A stretch of DNA of 64,000 nt from an archaeon. Lineage in GTDB: Archaea > B1Sed10-29 > WALL01. The DNA lies in the NCBI GenBank assembly GCA_042584585.1, contig JBHOSQ010000002.1, positions 32,001 to 96,000 of the forward strand, given 5' to 3'. Position 1 is the stretch's first letter; each line of letters begins with the position of its first letter. A model generated the notes under the pieces. The model did not search any database. It had not been told where the DNA came from and saw only the letters and a list, made by a program, of their open reading frames with translations. The position numbers were made by a program, and so were the translations under genes. This document shows positions 45,919 through 55,853 of the stretch, in pieces.

Positions 45919-48015
45919 ATGAAGAATAAGCGTGGCTTCGCTGTCTTTACCCCAATGGTGGGCTTGCTCGTCATCCTGATTACAATGCTCATAGTGTCAT
46001 CCATAATCGCGAACGAGCGCATCGCGGTGCAGGGCAGCGTCAAGTCGTACCGCTCGAGCGAACTCGTCAACCTCGCGTCCGAGGCGCAGACCACCGTGGT
46101 CGAGCAGGTCCGCACCGCAATCACTTCGCGGCTCGAAAAGTTTTACGAGGGGACCGGCGAGCCGGTCATGAAAATAAAAGTTTTGGATTGCCCACCCCCT
46201 GACATAGCGGACAACATAAACTTTGACGAGCCAGAGTGCGACGACGGAACGAACACGTACCCCTGCGTTTGCGACGATGAAGGCACGCCGTGCTTCGCGG
46301 AAGAGACTTGCTGGGGGCAGACCTTCAACGAAGTAAACCTTACGGCTGGGAATGAGCTGATAGGCAAGGGCCTTGTCAAGTCAAGCATCGAGCACACGCT
46401 CGCGGCAATCGCGAACAAGTACGACCTCGCAAGAATAGAGCCGAGCGACGTCGAGCTCGACGAGGCAATAACGGGCATCGAGTTTCTGGACTGCGAAATC
46501 GACTATGACCCGTTCCGCCCCGACGAGAGCGGTGACTGCGGCGACGGCAGGATACGCGTCACTGTCGACTTCAGCGAGCTCGAGGGCAAGCCCATCGCCG
46601 AAGTCATAAGCGAGGGCAAGCGGCTGCAGGTGTTCATGCCCCCCGAGCAGAGAGAGTACACGACGAACGAGCCGTTCATGCAGTACGCGAAGCTGACGGC
46701 GGACCTGTTCAACCAATTCCAATTGCTCAACGAAAGCTGGCACGGCGCCGGCGGCGAAGAAAGCCACAACCCCAACTACAAAGAGACCGACGGCAGCGAG
46801 TGGTACCACTACAACTACGCGGAGCACGATAGGTATTATGGAACGCCGGGGAAGAACACGTTCGCGAGCGACTGGGCGCCCGGCTTCGCGGTCGAGCAAA
46901 GCAACTTGGGCGCGGTCGACCCGTACGATTATTTCGATGACGGCGAGACGCTTACTGATTATATACAAGAGCTTCTTACGCCCGCGCGCAAGCGCGTGAA
47001 GGGCGCGGACGTAATCACCGGCGAGGAAGACACGCAGAACTTTCGGTTCGACACCTCGTTCGACGACGACAACAACTGGGCGAAGCTTCTTAACTTCGTG
47101 TCTGGGTATGCCACGGACGAGGAAGGCAAGACCGGCAGCACCATGAGCTTGGGAAGCAGCGTGGCAAAGCAGGGAACCGTTTTCCCGGGCGGGTGCATCT
47201 CGCCTTCTGCTACGCCGGGGGCATGCGCGACGTCCGGCATTGTCTACAACTGCCTTGTGCCGGACACCACGTTCGACAACATCCAATACAGCTCAAGCAC
47301 GATTGTCGTGAACACCAGCGCGGACTACGACAAGAAACTGACCGAGCGCATGGGCGACCAGGTCGACGGAATGCTCGAGAGCATCCTCGACAACGGCCAA
47401 ATCCTGAACGGCCTCGGAGTCGGGTTCGATAAGCCACTGGATTACAAATTGATTGTGACTTCAAAGCAGTACTACGCTGAAGGAAAAGGGTTTTCGGGCG
47501 GGGACAACTGGCGGTGCGGCCAGTTCCTTACTCTCTATCAAACCAGGAGCGCTGGCACGACCTGTTCCGGCATACGGCAGAATTTCGGTGGGGGCAAAGA
47601 TGTGTACGCCAATTGCGTCGCGGGCTCGTGCAGCACGCCGTGCGCCGGAGGAAAAGGCGGCAACTGCCCGTGGTTCATTTCCGAGCCGATTGACTGGGAA
47701 TGCAGCTCCAGGACGCTTTACCGCGTGGAAGAAACGTACCGCCTCTACCGCAGCACGACCACGAGCGCCGAGCCCACGCGGCCCGTGTTCATGGCCGAGT
47801 ACAACCGGGGCAAAGACGCGTACCCGGAAGTGGCTGCCGGAGGGCATGACACAGGCCTGTGGACGTTTTCGGACAAATACCTGGACATCACCTCGAAAGA
47901 TGACGCAAAAGACTCGGGCAGCGACGAGGTCAGCAGCCTCCGAAAATGCACTTACACGTATACTACCGAGGATGGCGGCGGCTTGGAGTACGAGTGCAGC
48001 TGGATTCCGGGGTGA
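45919..48015 (+). CDS. Large (698 aa) Cys-rich prepilin-like protein / minor pilin adhesin
   Basis: MKNKRG|FAVFTPMVGLLVILITMLIVSSII followed by an acidic, Cys-rich extracellular region. Confidence 0.8.
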   Translation: MKNKRGFAVFTPMVGLLVILITMLIVSSIIANERIAVQGSVKSYRSSELVNLASEAQTTVVEQVRTAITSRLEKFYEGTGEPVMKIKVLDCPPPDIADNINFDEPECDDGTNTYPCVCDDEGTPCFAEETCWGQTFNEVNLTAGNELIGKGLVKSSIEHTLAAIANKYDLARIEPSDVELDEAITGIEFLDCEIDYDPFRPDESGDCGDGRIRVTVDFSELEGKPIAEVISEGKRLQVFMPPEQREYTTNEPFMQYAKLTADLFNQFQLLNESWHGAGGEESHNPNYKETDGSEWYHYNYAEHDRYYGTPGKNTFASDWAPGFAVEQSNLGAVDPYDYFDDGETLTDYIQELLTPARKRVKGADVITGEEDTQNFRFDTSFDDDNNWAKLLNFVSGYATDEEGKTGSTMSLGSSVAKQGTVFPGGCISPSATPGACATSGIVYNCLVPDTTFDNIQYSSSTIVVNTSADYDKKLTERMGDQVDGMLESILDNGQILNGLGVGFDKPLDYKLIVTSKQYYAEGKGFSGGDNWRCGQFLTLYQTRSAGTTCSGIRQNFGGGKDVYANCVAGSCSTPCAGGKGGNCPWFISEPIDWECSSRTLYRVEETYRLYRSTTTSAEPTRPVFMAEYNRGKDAYPEVAAGGHDTGLWTFSDKYLDITSKDDAKDSGSDEVSSLRKCTYTYTTEDGGGLEYECSWIPG

Positions 48016-48018
48016 ACC

Positions 48019-48027
48019 TTATATATA
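48019..48027 (+). promoter_or_regulatory. TATA box (TTATATATA)
   Basis: Upstream of the 2547-aa gene. Confidence 0.55.
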
Positions 48028-48064
48028 TTCAGAGTAGCATAACTTTACAAGCCGAGGGATTTCC

Positions 48065-51000
48065 ATGGATTTGAAAACTATTTATTCCCAACTGGAAGAA
48101 AAGTGGTACGGCCTTCTTGACGCAATAGACTCGAAAGGCATTCCTGTGTACAAGGCCATCGACCCCATCGAAAACGCGGGCATTCCGTCGCTGCCGCTTG
48201 TGGCTGGCATATTGATTGTGTTCATCGCAATCGCTGCCTACATGATGAGCGGGGCCGCGCCGGACCTGGTTGGGGGCGACTATGTTGTCACAGTGCTCGA
48301 CACTGACGGTAACGCGATAAAGGGCGCGACAGTCGCGATGATAGTCGACGCGGATGCTGTGGCGGAAGAAAACACTAATTCCAGGGGCGAGGCATACTTC
48401 AGCCTCGACGCCAACAAGGAATACCAAGTGGAAGTCACTACGGACTTATGCGGCAGGGAAGTCGACTTGTTCGACACCGCCGACATGGACTCCATTGAAT
48501 TAACAGTCGAATGCGTTTCACCGGAATTCGCGGGCTGTTCCTCACTCGGCGAGGACAAGCTCGTGACCCAGCTCGCGGACGACCAAAACAACCTCCCCGC
48601 GGCATGCACCATGCGGGTATACGACTCACAGAACGAGGCCATCGACCACCCGTTCAAGGTAACGAGCAACGGCGAGCTCGACATCTCGGGAAGCGGCAGC
48701 TGCCCCGAGGACAACAACCGGGCACTCATCGACTGCCAATACCACAAGTGGGAAGGCACGGTCTCCGGGATGTACAACGAGCTGCAATTGTTCGGCCAGC
48801 TGACCCTAGTGGTCAAGGAAGACGTCCAGCCCGAAACCCCGGTCTACCTCCCGCCAGTCGAAATAACGCGTGACATTTACGTCAAGGTCCAGAACACACA
48901 GGGCACCCCCCTCGAGGGGACGGCCGTCTCAATCGTTGACTCCAACGGAGACCCGCTGCCGCTTCTGCTCGCGGGCGTGGTCGGCGAGGCAATCACTGAC
49001 GCCACCGGAAGCGCAAAGCTCGTGCTCCCCGACCAGCAAGAGTTCCACGTGCACCTTGAGGACGCCAACGGCGCGTACCAGCCGTACACGTCTGCGTCGT
49101 CGTACAAGGCAACGCTCACCCAAACACAAAACCAAATCATACTCAACATGGCCAATGGGTTCGAAACCACCATCTACGTGAAGGAAGAGGCGCGGCAGAC
49201 CGCAATCGCGGACGCCACGGTCACCGTAATGCGCGACGACAAGGTCATCTCCCAGGGCACGACCAGCAGCGGCGGCTCGTACAAGGTTAGCCTGCTCCAG
49301 TCGGCACAGTACCAGGTCGACGTGACGCACCCCCAGTTCTTCGCTGGGACTGCAACGGTCACCGGCGCACTCGACCAAAGCGTCTTCATGTCGCCCATCG
49401 ACGCGACCAAGACCGGCACCATCATCGTGGACACGTTCACCGCGACCGGAGTGCAGGAAGAGTTCCCGCAGGTTCGCCTCCAGCTCTACTCCAAGGACGC
49501 GAACAACACGCGCTGGATGAGCTGCATCACGCCCGGCAACGGCAGGTGCGTGTTCAGCAAGGTCAAGCAAGGCACTTACTACATCACCGCGACCCCGCCC
49601 GGAGCAATCTCGGAACAGTCGTTCCCAGCGTTCCAGGTAGTCGCACAGAACACAACCGTCCAGAAAATCAGCGTCATGCCAAACCAATTGACGCTCACCG
49701 TGCTCACCGAAGTAATGCTCAGCGGCGACGCCGTGCGCAAAAAAGACGTTGAGGTGACGCTGTGGAACGCGGACTACAACGAGCCCGTCGACACCAAGGA
49801 AAGCGGCACCACACGAAAAGTCGATTTCACGCTGGACCAGGGCACACGGTACTTCCTCGTGGCCGAATACGTCGACACCCAAACCGGCACCAAGTACGGC
49901 CCGGTCAAGACCAGCGCCACGACCATGACGCAGCACAGGAAGACAAGCATCACGCTCACCCGCGTCTCCGAAGAAGTAGACGTCACCACTCCGTTCGAAA
50001 TCGAGAAGGGCACCGAAGCCACGCTCACCATGCGGATGAGCCTGCCCGAGTACAGGCCCAACCAGCCGTACGAGTCGGCGACCATGGAAATGTTCTTGGG
50101 GGATCCGGGCAGTGTCCAGGACATCAAGCGCACCCCGTTCGTCATCCAGCCAATCCACTTGAGTGACGTCTCGTCGCAGGAACCGTTCGTCGCATCCGTC
50201 GAGAAGGCGGACGAATACCAGTACGAGTCCGAGCCAAAGCCAGACAACGACGGCGTCTCGAAATACATCAAGATCACAATCGGCCACTACACGCAGCCGA
50301 CGACTTACACAGTTGACATACCCGTGTACGCAAAGGCACTGGCGTCCAGCGGCGAAGTCAAGATAAGCTACCGCGCGACGTGGACAGCCGGCGGCGAAGA
50401 AGTCACGAGCAACGAAGGCCTGTGGGCAGAGAAAACAGTGTCACTGGTCGGCGACAGCGAGGCAGACACCGCGCTGGAAACAGGCGACTTCTATTCCTAC
50501 GAGGCGTACTTCTCGAAGCAGCTCGCCGGCGGCTCAATCCTAGAGCCGGACGTGCCCAACGGCTCGCCGTTCTACCTGCACGTCAAGGCCAAGGCCCGCT
50601 CCGCAGTCCAGTCGTGGAGCGTTGACGCAAACAACCTGCCCGACAAGGCAGAGGCTGTTGCCTATTCCGGCAGCATCAAGCGCGCCGCCGGGGGAACTGT
50701 CGAAATCGCGGAGTTCGCGCTGAGCGGCTCTGACTTTACCATTACCAATTCCGAAGAGGCGTACGGCCTAGAGAAAGACGACGAGCTCACACTTGTCGTG
50801 GCACTCCGCGCCAAGGAGCGCGGCAAGGGCACGCTCACACTGTTCGGTGACTACGACAACTCCTTGTCGTACGAGGTCACGCGCGAGGCGCGCGTTGGCA
50901 CGACCCCAATCGCGGGCGTCGAGGCAATGATTGTAGCGTCGTCCAACTTTTGCATCCCCGGCTATGACAACGGAGACGAAAGCGGAAACTCGTGCTACAT

Positions 51001-54000
51001 GGACTACCCGGAGGGCGAGACCCTGCCGACCAACAACAAGGACTTCAGGCTGCAACTGTCATTGACCGGCGAGGCCAGCGCAAATGTTCTGGTCGAGGCG
51101 GCGGACTCCACCATCAAGTTCGCGGACACACAGGCCAATTATTACGAGACGACCGTCGACACGCCGAAGACCCTGCTCATCGAGGGGCACGGCACGTCTC
51201 TCACCGACAACCTGATGAGTGTCTACATCTGGGAGGCCGGCGGCACCAAGCCAACGGCTCCAGCGATGACCGTCGTGTACGGCCCGGTGGACTACCGGAT
51301 GCTCGTGACCCCGTTCAACACAGGCCTTGCAGAGCTAGGGGTCAGCGAGACGACCGACGAAATCCAAGTGAAAATCATGAAGGGCACCCTTGGCACAGAG
51401 CAGACCGTCACTGCGGACGCGGAAGTCCAGGTGCTCACCGGCACAAGCAGCGGCGCCGCGGCGCTGGTGCTTAGCGCAGAGCCGTACTACAAATACACAG
51501 TTGACCCACTCCTGCCGCCGCAGAGCGAGGAAGGGGTCAGCATCACGGCGGACAGCCCGTACTTCGGCAGGCTCGAGTACGAGTCCGGTGTCTCAGGCCT
51601 TGAGTTCATTCCCAAGTTCCCCGCGCTCATGTTCGAGAAAGACGTGTTCGCGCTGGGCGACACACTCAACGACGAAGTGGAAATCAAGAGCACGTGGGAC
51701 GAGCCAGTGCACGTAACCATGAACAGGCTTGAGCGCGATGGCTGGGACATACTCATGACCGTTGCCACGTTCTCTTCGAGCAACGTGCCGCTCGACACGA
51801 AGAGCGGGACCGGCATCGGCGAGGGCATTGACATTCCCGCCGGTGGAAGGGCAGAAATCAATCTTGCCGCGACCGCGAAAAGCACGCGCTGCAGGCTAGA
51901 GCTCACGCCAACCATCCTGGAGCTTGAGGTGGACAAGGTCGCGGCAACGCCGCACTACACAGTTGACCTCAAGTGCCAGATTGACGAGGGCGAGATGCCG
52001 TCGATTGACGCGGTCGGCGTCGGCCAGTACGTGGCGCGGGAAGACCTGCCGCCCGGAAAGATAACGGCGGACTCGTGTGCCGTGGCATCGGACGGCGACT
52101 ACGCGTTCGTGTGTGACGCCGAGCAGCTGAGCGTCGCGATTGCCAAGGCGGCGGACGCATTGTTCCTCGACCCGTCCATCATCAGTGACGCGCAGTTCTA
52201 CGCGTTCGGCAACGACGAGTTCGGCGCGGCGATAATGGACACCGCGGTAAACGAGAACACTGCCGAGGCAGGCATCCAAGCGATTGACAACGTGTTCAAC
52301 AAGGAAAGTGCGGCCGTGTCGTCGACGAGCAACGACCTCTGGCTTGTGGGCGATGCCGAGTGCGGCATTGTGCAGGTGACGCTCGAGAAGATGAACCTTG
52401 ACGAAGACATCAAAGTGACTTTCACCATGGACAACAGCAGCACCTGGTGCAATGACGCGAGCTCGCACTACATCATGGGGCTCATGAACTACGACAAGAC
52501 CCTGCGCCCGGACTTCGGGAGCTACATGTCTTTCCAGGGCGAGGCACAGTTGTTCCTGGACGCAATCGCGAAGGCCAAGGAGCAGGGCAATGACATTGAC
52601 GCGACCCTGATATTCGGCCACGACGCCTACAACACGCAAAAGCGCACGGGCCAGGAGGCCATGACCTTCTTCACTTACCAAGAGTGCGAGAAGGGCGACT
52701 CCAGCGACTGCCCGACGTTTGCGGCGAAGCGCGTGAGCGACGACTTCCCAGTAATCGGATACTACCACGTGACCGACCGGGACGACATACTGATTGGAAT
52801 GGTTTATGACGAAGACAAGATTGTGGGCCCGGGCGGGGCTTACACCTTAATACCCAAGTATAGGATGGCGTTCGCCAAGGCCATGACTATTTACTTCACG
52901 ACTGGCTTGACCGACGGCTGGGGCGTTGAGAACTCGGGCTGGCCAGTGTTCAACAAACAGAATTTCCAGATGACCATGAGCCCGGCGCACTACGGGTTGG
53001 CAGACCAATTGATTGACCTCACGGGCCCAGTGCTAAGCGACTTTAAGATTTACGGTTACACGCCGTTCATGGAAGGCAGGCAGGAAAGCATGGTTGGGAG
53101 CAAGGACGTTGACATCGAGTTCGTCGTCACTGGCGACCCAGACGTGTGTTTCATCTCGAACCTTGACGCGAGCGGCCAGGCAATCCAGGAAATCCCGTCC
53201 GCCGAGTTCCTGCATCAGGGCAGCTACCAAGTGCTTTCGATGCCGTGGGAGCTTATGGAAGGAAGTGGATTGAAGTGGGTTAGCGCGTACTGCGTGAACG
53301 AGTTTGGAATCCCATCGCACAAGCTCAGGGCGAACATAACTCTTGACGACAGCAAGATGAAGCTCGTGCGGCCATTGCCAAGAATAATCACGACCAACAA
53401 GGCAGTGACTTCGGTGCCGACGACCAAGGACTGGACCCTTGAGGTTCGGGACAGGTACTCGCCGCTGCAGTTCTGCCAGCTGAAGCTGCCTGATGGCACC
53501 TATGACAACATCGAGGAGTGCGACGACAACAACGACGGCAAGTTTGAAGACACGGTTGACACCGTGGATAATAACAACAACGGCGTGCCAGTGAGCTCGG
53601 ACAATCCGTCCGGCCCGAGGGTGATTGAGAAAACAGACATAGCCTCATACCTCGACGGCTGCTGCAAAATTACACCCAAGTCCGTGCCTGGAGAGGCGGG
53701 GTATTACTTCATCGACGAATTGACGTGCTGGTCGCCGTTCATCACCGAGATGGACGCGGCAACTGAAGTCGAGCTGGAGTGCAGAGACGAGAGCGGCAAC
53801 ACCGAGTCGCTTGGCACTGTCAGCATCTGGAGGTACAGCGACGACAAGCCTGACTTCGAGGTGCCGGAAGACTTCATCATGAGCACGGACTACGACTTCA
53901 AATACCCGCAGGACCGGCAGATGCAGCCGTCGGACAGCACATTCCACTTCAACTTGCCGGACATGCCTTCGGGCGCGGAAGGAAAAGCAGTATTTGGCGA

Positions 54001-55708
54001 CTTTGAGCTAGAGCCGGTTGACGGTGGGCTCTGGAGCCCAGAGGGAGGCATGTTCGAGTACTCGTTCACAGTGTTCGACATGGACGGATTCGACCCGAGC
54101 GGGCCGTGTGAAGTTGACTTCGAACGCTACACTGTAGACGCCGCAAACGCATTCAGCCCGGACACACCATACCCATGCACTGGCGAGCCAACCGAACCTG
54201 GCTCACTGCGTGAACAGCGCGTGACGTGTGAGATGCCCCTCTTAAAAGACTACATCAATAGGGCATCCATCACGTGCACTGACCTAAGCGCGGGCGGCGG
54301 CAAAGAGGCAACGAAGTCGTTCGAGCTCACGTGGGACGAGAAGCCCGCGGAAGTGCTCGACGCCTCGTTTGACATGGAGGCACTGGGAGTAGGCCGCATG
54401 GGGGGCGGACGCGCGATTAATCCGGAGATTTTCTTTGACGTCCAGGACGACTACTCGAACGTGGAGTCTTGTAAAGTCGAGATTGGCACTCGCGCGACCA
54501 TTGAAGACGCTTTCTTCGAGTACGCTTGCGAGCTGCAGGACAAGCTCCGGTCGGACGGAAACACCTACGGTGGAACCTACAAGCACGCCGTGTGCTCGCC
54601 AATCGACAACAGCACTGTACACTCGGCGATGATAAGCTTCCACGAGGACTCACTCAAGGTAACTTGCACCGACGAGGTCAAAAACCTCAAGAAGGAGACC
54701 ATCAACAAGTGGGACGGCGGCATCAAGACCCCAACGATTGACAACATGTACCAGGACCTCATAGACATGTGCCGCATGGTTAGGGACAAGTCCTCGGCAG
54801 AAGAGATTGAAGCAAAAGGCTACATCGACCTCGGCGACAAAGCAGGCTCAATCAAGTTGGACGACGGGTTCGGCTCGGACGACATTGACGAGGACGGCGT
54901 TGCCTACGTCATGGCGTACCAAGCAACCGATAAGGATTATCCGGACCATGTCAAGAACTGGTGGCAAGATACGTTTGATAGCCCGTGGGCAAAAGAAGAC
55001 ATCGCAGAATATGTCGGTAGCGAAACAAAGACCATGGAAATCGGGAGGTCCGCCGAATGCGCGACTGGAGGAGCTGTTGACGTATTGATACTCGGAACAA
55101 TGCTGGCCACCGGTGGAACATCAACACTAACATGGGAAGCGGCTAAGCAAGAAGCACAAATATCGGTAAGACACGCCATGGCTTGGGCCGTGAGCACGGC
55201 AGCGAAAACAACATTTTCAACCACTGGGGCGGCTAATCTGGCGCGATACTTGGTTGTAGCCACAGTGCAAGGATACGCTACCCCAATACAAAAGAACTTA
55301 GTGGATGTGGGTATGGAATCCGCCTTTGAAGACGACATGCAATCAGACGTAGCACTGGAGTGTAACGAAGAGCCAGGCATGACCGGAAGCGACATTGTGG
55401 AAGCACTCCCAGTTGTCCGGTTGCTGGGCGTTGGCATACCCGACGAATTCCAGGCGTTTGTGTGTGCGCCGGAAAAAGATGGGCTGAAGCCGAACCAACT
55501 ATATTACATGGTGGCATCGGCCAAGAAGTTTGACTTCAGCGGTATTGGCTCAGACTCCGGAGGAGCCAGCGACGTTGTAACAGACGTTGTCTCGATAGCC
55601 CTAGACTCGTGCGACGATTTCGTGTGCGTCGTTGGGGTGGTTCCAATGGACCGGGGCGAGGGCCCGTCCTCGACCGCAGGCAAGGACCTCAACCCATCCA
55701 ACGAGTAA
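48065..55708 (+). CDS. Giant N-anchored surface protein, paralog A (2547 aa; carboxypeptidase-regulatory-like/prealbumin-fold and Ig-like repeats)
   Basis: Conserved N-terminal segment YSQLEEKWYGLLD...GIPVYK..DPIE..GIPS plus a TM helix. Repeats of the type G.PI.GA.V...T...G. Acidic and Cys-rich. Confidence 0.85.
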   Translation: MDLKTIYSQLEEKWYGLLDAIDSKGIPVYKAIDPIENAGIPSLPLVAGILIVFIAIAAYMMSGAAPDLVGGDYVVTVLDTDGNAIKGATVAMIVDADAVAEENTNSRGEAYFSLDANKEYQVEVTTDLCGREVDLFDTADMDSIELTVECVSPEFAGCSSLGEDKLVTQLADDQNNLPAACTMRVYDSQNEAIDHPFKVTSNGELDISGSGSCPEDNNRALIDCQYHKWEGTVSGMYNELQLFGQLTLVVKEDVQPETPVYLPPVEITRDIYVKVQNTQGTPLEGTAVSIVDSNGDPLPLLLAGVVGEAITDATGSAKLVLPDQQEFHVHLEDANGAYQPYTSASSYKATLTQTQNQIILNMANGFETTIYVKEEARQTAIADATVTVMRDDKVISQGTTSSGGSYKVSLLQSAQYQVDVTHPQFFAGTATVTGALDQSVFMSPIDATKTGTIIVDTFTATGVQEEFPQVRLQLYSKDANNTRWMSCITPGNGRCVFSKVKQGTYYITATPPGAISEQSFPAFQVVAQNTTVQKISVMPNQLTLTVLTEVMLSGDAVRKKDVEVTLWNADYNEPVDTKESGTTRKVDFTLDQGTRYFLVAEYVDTQTGTKYGPVKTSATTMTQHRKTSITLTRVSEEVDVTTPFEIEKGTEATLTMRMSLPEYRPNQPYESATMEMFLGDPGSVQDIKRTPFVIQPIHLSDVSSQEPFVASVEKADEYQYESEPKPDNDGVSKYIKITIGHYTQPTTYTVDIPVYAKALASSGEVKISYRATWTAGGEEVTSNEGLWAEKTVSLVGDSEADTALETGDFYSYEAYFSKQLAGGSILEPDVPNGSPFYLHVKAKARSAVQSWSVDANNLPDKAEAVAYSGSIKRAAGGTVEIAEFALSGSDFTITNSEEAYGLEKDDELTLVVALRAKERGKGTLTLFGDYDNSLSYEVTREARVGTTPIAGVEAMIVASSNFCIPGYDNGDESGNSCYMDYPEGETLPTNNKDFRLQLSLTGEASANVLVEAADSTIKFADTQANYYETTVDTPKTLLIEGHGTSLTDNLMSVYIWEAGGTKPTAPAMTVVYGPVDYRMLVTPFNTGLAELGVSETTDEIQVKIMKGTLGTEQTVTADAEVQVLTGTSSGAAALVLSAEPYYKYTVDPLLPPQSEEGVSITADSPYFGRLEYESGVSGLEFIPKFPALMFEKDVFALGDTLNDEVEIKSTWDEPVHVTMNRLERDGWDILMTVATFSSSNVPLDTKSGTGIGEGIDIPAGGRAEINLAATAKSTRCRLELTPTILELEVDKVAATPHYTVDLKCQIDEGEMPSIDAVGVGQYVAREDLPPGKITADSCAVASDGDYAFVCDAEQLSVAIAKAADALFLDPSIISDAQFYAFGNDEFGAAIMDTAVNENTAEAGIQAIDNVFNKESAAVSSTSNDLWLVGDAECGIVQVTLEKMNLDEDIKVTFTMDNSSTWCNDASSHYIMGLMNYDKTLRPDFGSYMSFQGEAQLFLDAIAKAKEQGNDIDATLIFGHDAYNTQKRTGQEAMTFFTYQECEKGDSSDCPTFAAKRVSDDFPVIGYYHVTDRDDILIGMVYDEDKIVGPGGAYTLIPKYRMAFAKAMTIYFTTGLTDGWGVENSGWPVFNKQNFQMTMSPAHYGLADQLIDLTGPVLSDFKIYGYTPFMEGRQESMVGSKDVDIEFVVTGDPDVCFISNLDASGQAIQEIPSAEFLHQGSYQVLSMPWELMEGSGLKWVSAYCVNEFGIPSHKLRANITLDDSKMKLVRPLPRIITTNKAVTSVPTTKDWTLEVRDRYSPLQFCQLKLPDGTYDNIEECDDNNDGKFEDTVDTVDNNNNGVPVSSDNPSGPRVIEKTDIASYLDGCCKITPKSVPGEAGYYFIDELTCWSPFITEMDAATEVELECRDESGNTESLGTVSIWRYSDDKPDFEVPEDFIMSTDYDFKYPQDRQMQPSDSTFHFNLPDMPSGAEGKAVFGDFELEPVDGGLWSPEGGMFEYSFTVFDMDGFDPSGPCEVDFERYTVDAANAFSPDTPYPCTGEPTEPGSLREQRVTCEMPLLKDYINRASITCTDLSAGGGKEATKSFELTWDEKPAEVLDASFDMEALGVGRMGGGRAINPEIFFDVQDDYSNVESCKVEIGTRATIEDAFFEYACELQDKLRSDGNTYGGTYKHAVCSPIDNSTVHSAMISFHEDSLKVTCTDEVKNLKKETINKWDGGIKTPTIDNMYQDLIDMCRMVRDKSSAEEIEAKGYIDLGDKAGSIKLDDGFGSDDIDEDGVAYVMAYQATDKDYPDHVKNWWQDTFDSPWAKEDIAEYVGSETKTMEIGRSAECATGGAVDVLILGTMLATGGTSTLTWEAAKQEAQISVRHAMAWAVSTAAKTTFSTTGAANLARYLVVATVQGYATPIQKNLVDVGMESAFEDDMQSDVALECNEEPGMTGSDIVEALPVVRLLGVGIPDEFQAFVCAPEKDGLKPNQLYYMVASAKKFDFSGIGSDSGGASDVVTDVVSIALDSCDDFVCVVGVVPMDRGEGPSSTAGKDLNPSNE

Positions 55709-55746
55709 ACTCCCTTGGAACCGGAGCAACCCGGGTTTTAACCGGA

Positions 55747-55768
55747 GGATAAGCCAATTGGCTTATCC
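55747..55768. repeat. 22-bp perfect palindrome GGATAAGCCAATTGGCTTATCC
   Basis: Read directly. Intergenic and followed by a T-run, so possibly a terminator or protein-binding site. Confidence 0.85.
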
Positions 55769-55822
55769 CCCACTTGGGTTCTTTTTGTAACGGTTGAATC
55801 TATTTCTCCAGAGGGCAAATTG

Positions 55823-55830
55823 TTTATATA
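55823..55830 (+). promoter_or_regulatory. TATA box (TTTATATA)
   Basis: About 24 nt upstream of GTG 55854. Confidence 0.65.
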
Positions 55831-55853
55831 CTCTATTACCTAATTGAAGTCAG

